Shown here: piece after piece, positions 63,111 to 64,000 of the stretch | How positions within the stretch are numbered: position 1 is the stretch's first letter | Layout: each line of letters starts with the position of its first letter | Assembly (NCBI GenBank): GCA_963693365.1 | Contig: CAVNZM010000001.1 | Span: forward strand, 3,798,907 to 3,862,906 | From: Amoebidium appalachense | Taxonomy: Eukaryota; Protista; Ichthyosporea | Length of the DNA stretch: 64,000 nt | Reading direction: 5' to 3' | Made by a program: the position numbers and the translations under genes | Notes under the pieces: model-generated | What the model was told of the DNA's origin: nothing | The model's database searches: none | What the model saw: the letters and a program-made list of their open reading frames with translations, nothing else

Positions 63111-63200
63111 ATGGGGGGGGGGGGGGGGGGGGGGGGATTATTGCGTATGGTGATGCATATCACGCCATGTTATCCGAATAACACAGGTAAACAATGACGC

Positions 63201-63278
63201 GATATAGTCCCCGACTATATCAACGCCTGCCACGGTATCACATACCATATAGTCCCCGACTATATCAACGCCTGTATC
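63201..63278. repeat. Short direct repeat (atatagtccccgactatatcaacgcctg x2), each copy a small hairpin
   Basis: Direct reading. Confidence 0.8.
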
Positions 63279-64000
63279 ACATACCCCTAACCAGTTGATA
63301 TAGTTGCCACCTATCACAAGTCCTATGGCTAAGCGATTGATAGGTGGTGGTATTGTTGGCAACTATGTCAATACAGGTATAGGTGCTGTGATAGACTGCG
63401 TCAAAAACACGAACACGTGGGATGGTTTTGATATAGACTCACTTATACCACACTGGTTTTCTTGTGACAAGGCATGGAGTCATGGGCGGTGCAATGTGCA
63501 CAAGCTATTGCACACAGTGTAACTGGTGGTGTATTAGTCCCAACTGTTACACAGTTGCTTTTTAAGCAGCCCACCCGGCGGGGCACGCAGGGGGAGGGGG
63601 GGGGGGGGGGAGGCTTGTACTTGCTTAGTTCCTGTCTCGACGTATATCCTTTATTGTTGCCTTGTAGAATATAGAGGCTCTGCATAATAATACACTCTCC
63701 TCTCTCTTTCTATTAAGCACTACAGGGTGTACTTCAGTATGAACAAACAAGACTACAATAACTAATGAACAGCTACGTATGTTCGGTGCCCCGTCCTTCG
63801 ACTAGCTCGACCTAGCTGAAGCAGAATCTCCACAAACGGGTCACTCTGCTGGCATTGGTTGCGGAATCGAGCAGGCCGTAGTCAGACGAGGCACGTCATG
63901 TATGGATGACTCTCTGCATGAGCACAAGTTGACTGTTAGGGGGTGTCACAGGCTGCATGAATGGAAAAAATTCGTGACCCCAAACCGGTAAACTGTCAAC

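Overview
Eukaryotic, intron-rich DNA saturated with (CA/GT)n microsatellites and G/C homopolymers, so most ORFs in the six-frame track are repeat artefacts. Gene content suggests a unicellular holozoan such as an ichthyosporean; this is an inference. I reconstructed six genes by hand. Four are spliced: the 3' end of a Gs-like G-alpha, a 9-exon Hippo/MST kinase with SARAH domain, an ankyrin + CX2CX18CX2C GATA protein, and a divergently oriented 7-exon gene of unknown function. Two are intronless: a bacterial-type glycerol-3-phosphate dehydrogenase and an ORF with two half Zn-cluster motifs. Mobile DNA includes a decayed APE-RT LINE with two further copies, a non-coding LTR element with an iMet primer-binding site and non-canonical ends, and MITE-like elements. 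The main signal is retroposons whose 3' ends are C-runs rather than poly(A), shown by target-site duplications. With them comes a dispersed family of about 15 copies, 5'-truncated and C-tailed, whose core folds into a pseudoknotted RNA supported by compensatory base changes.
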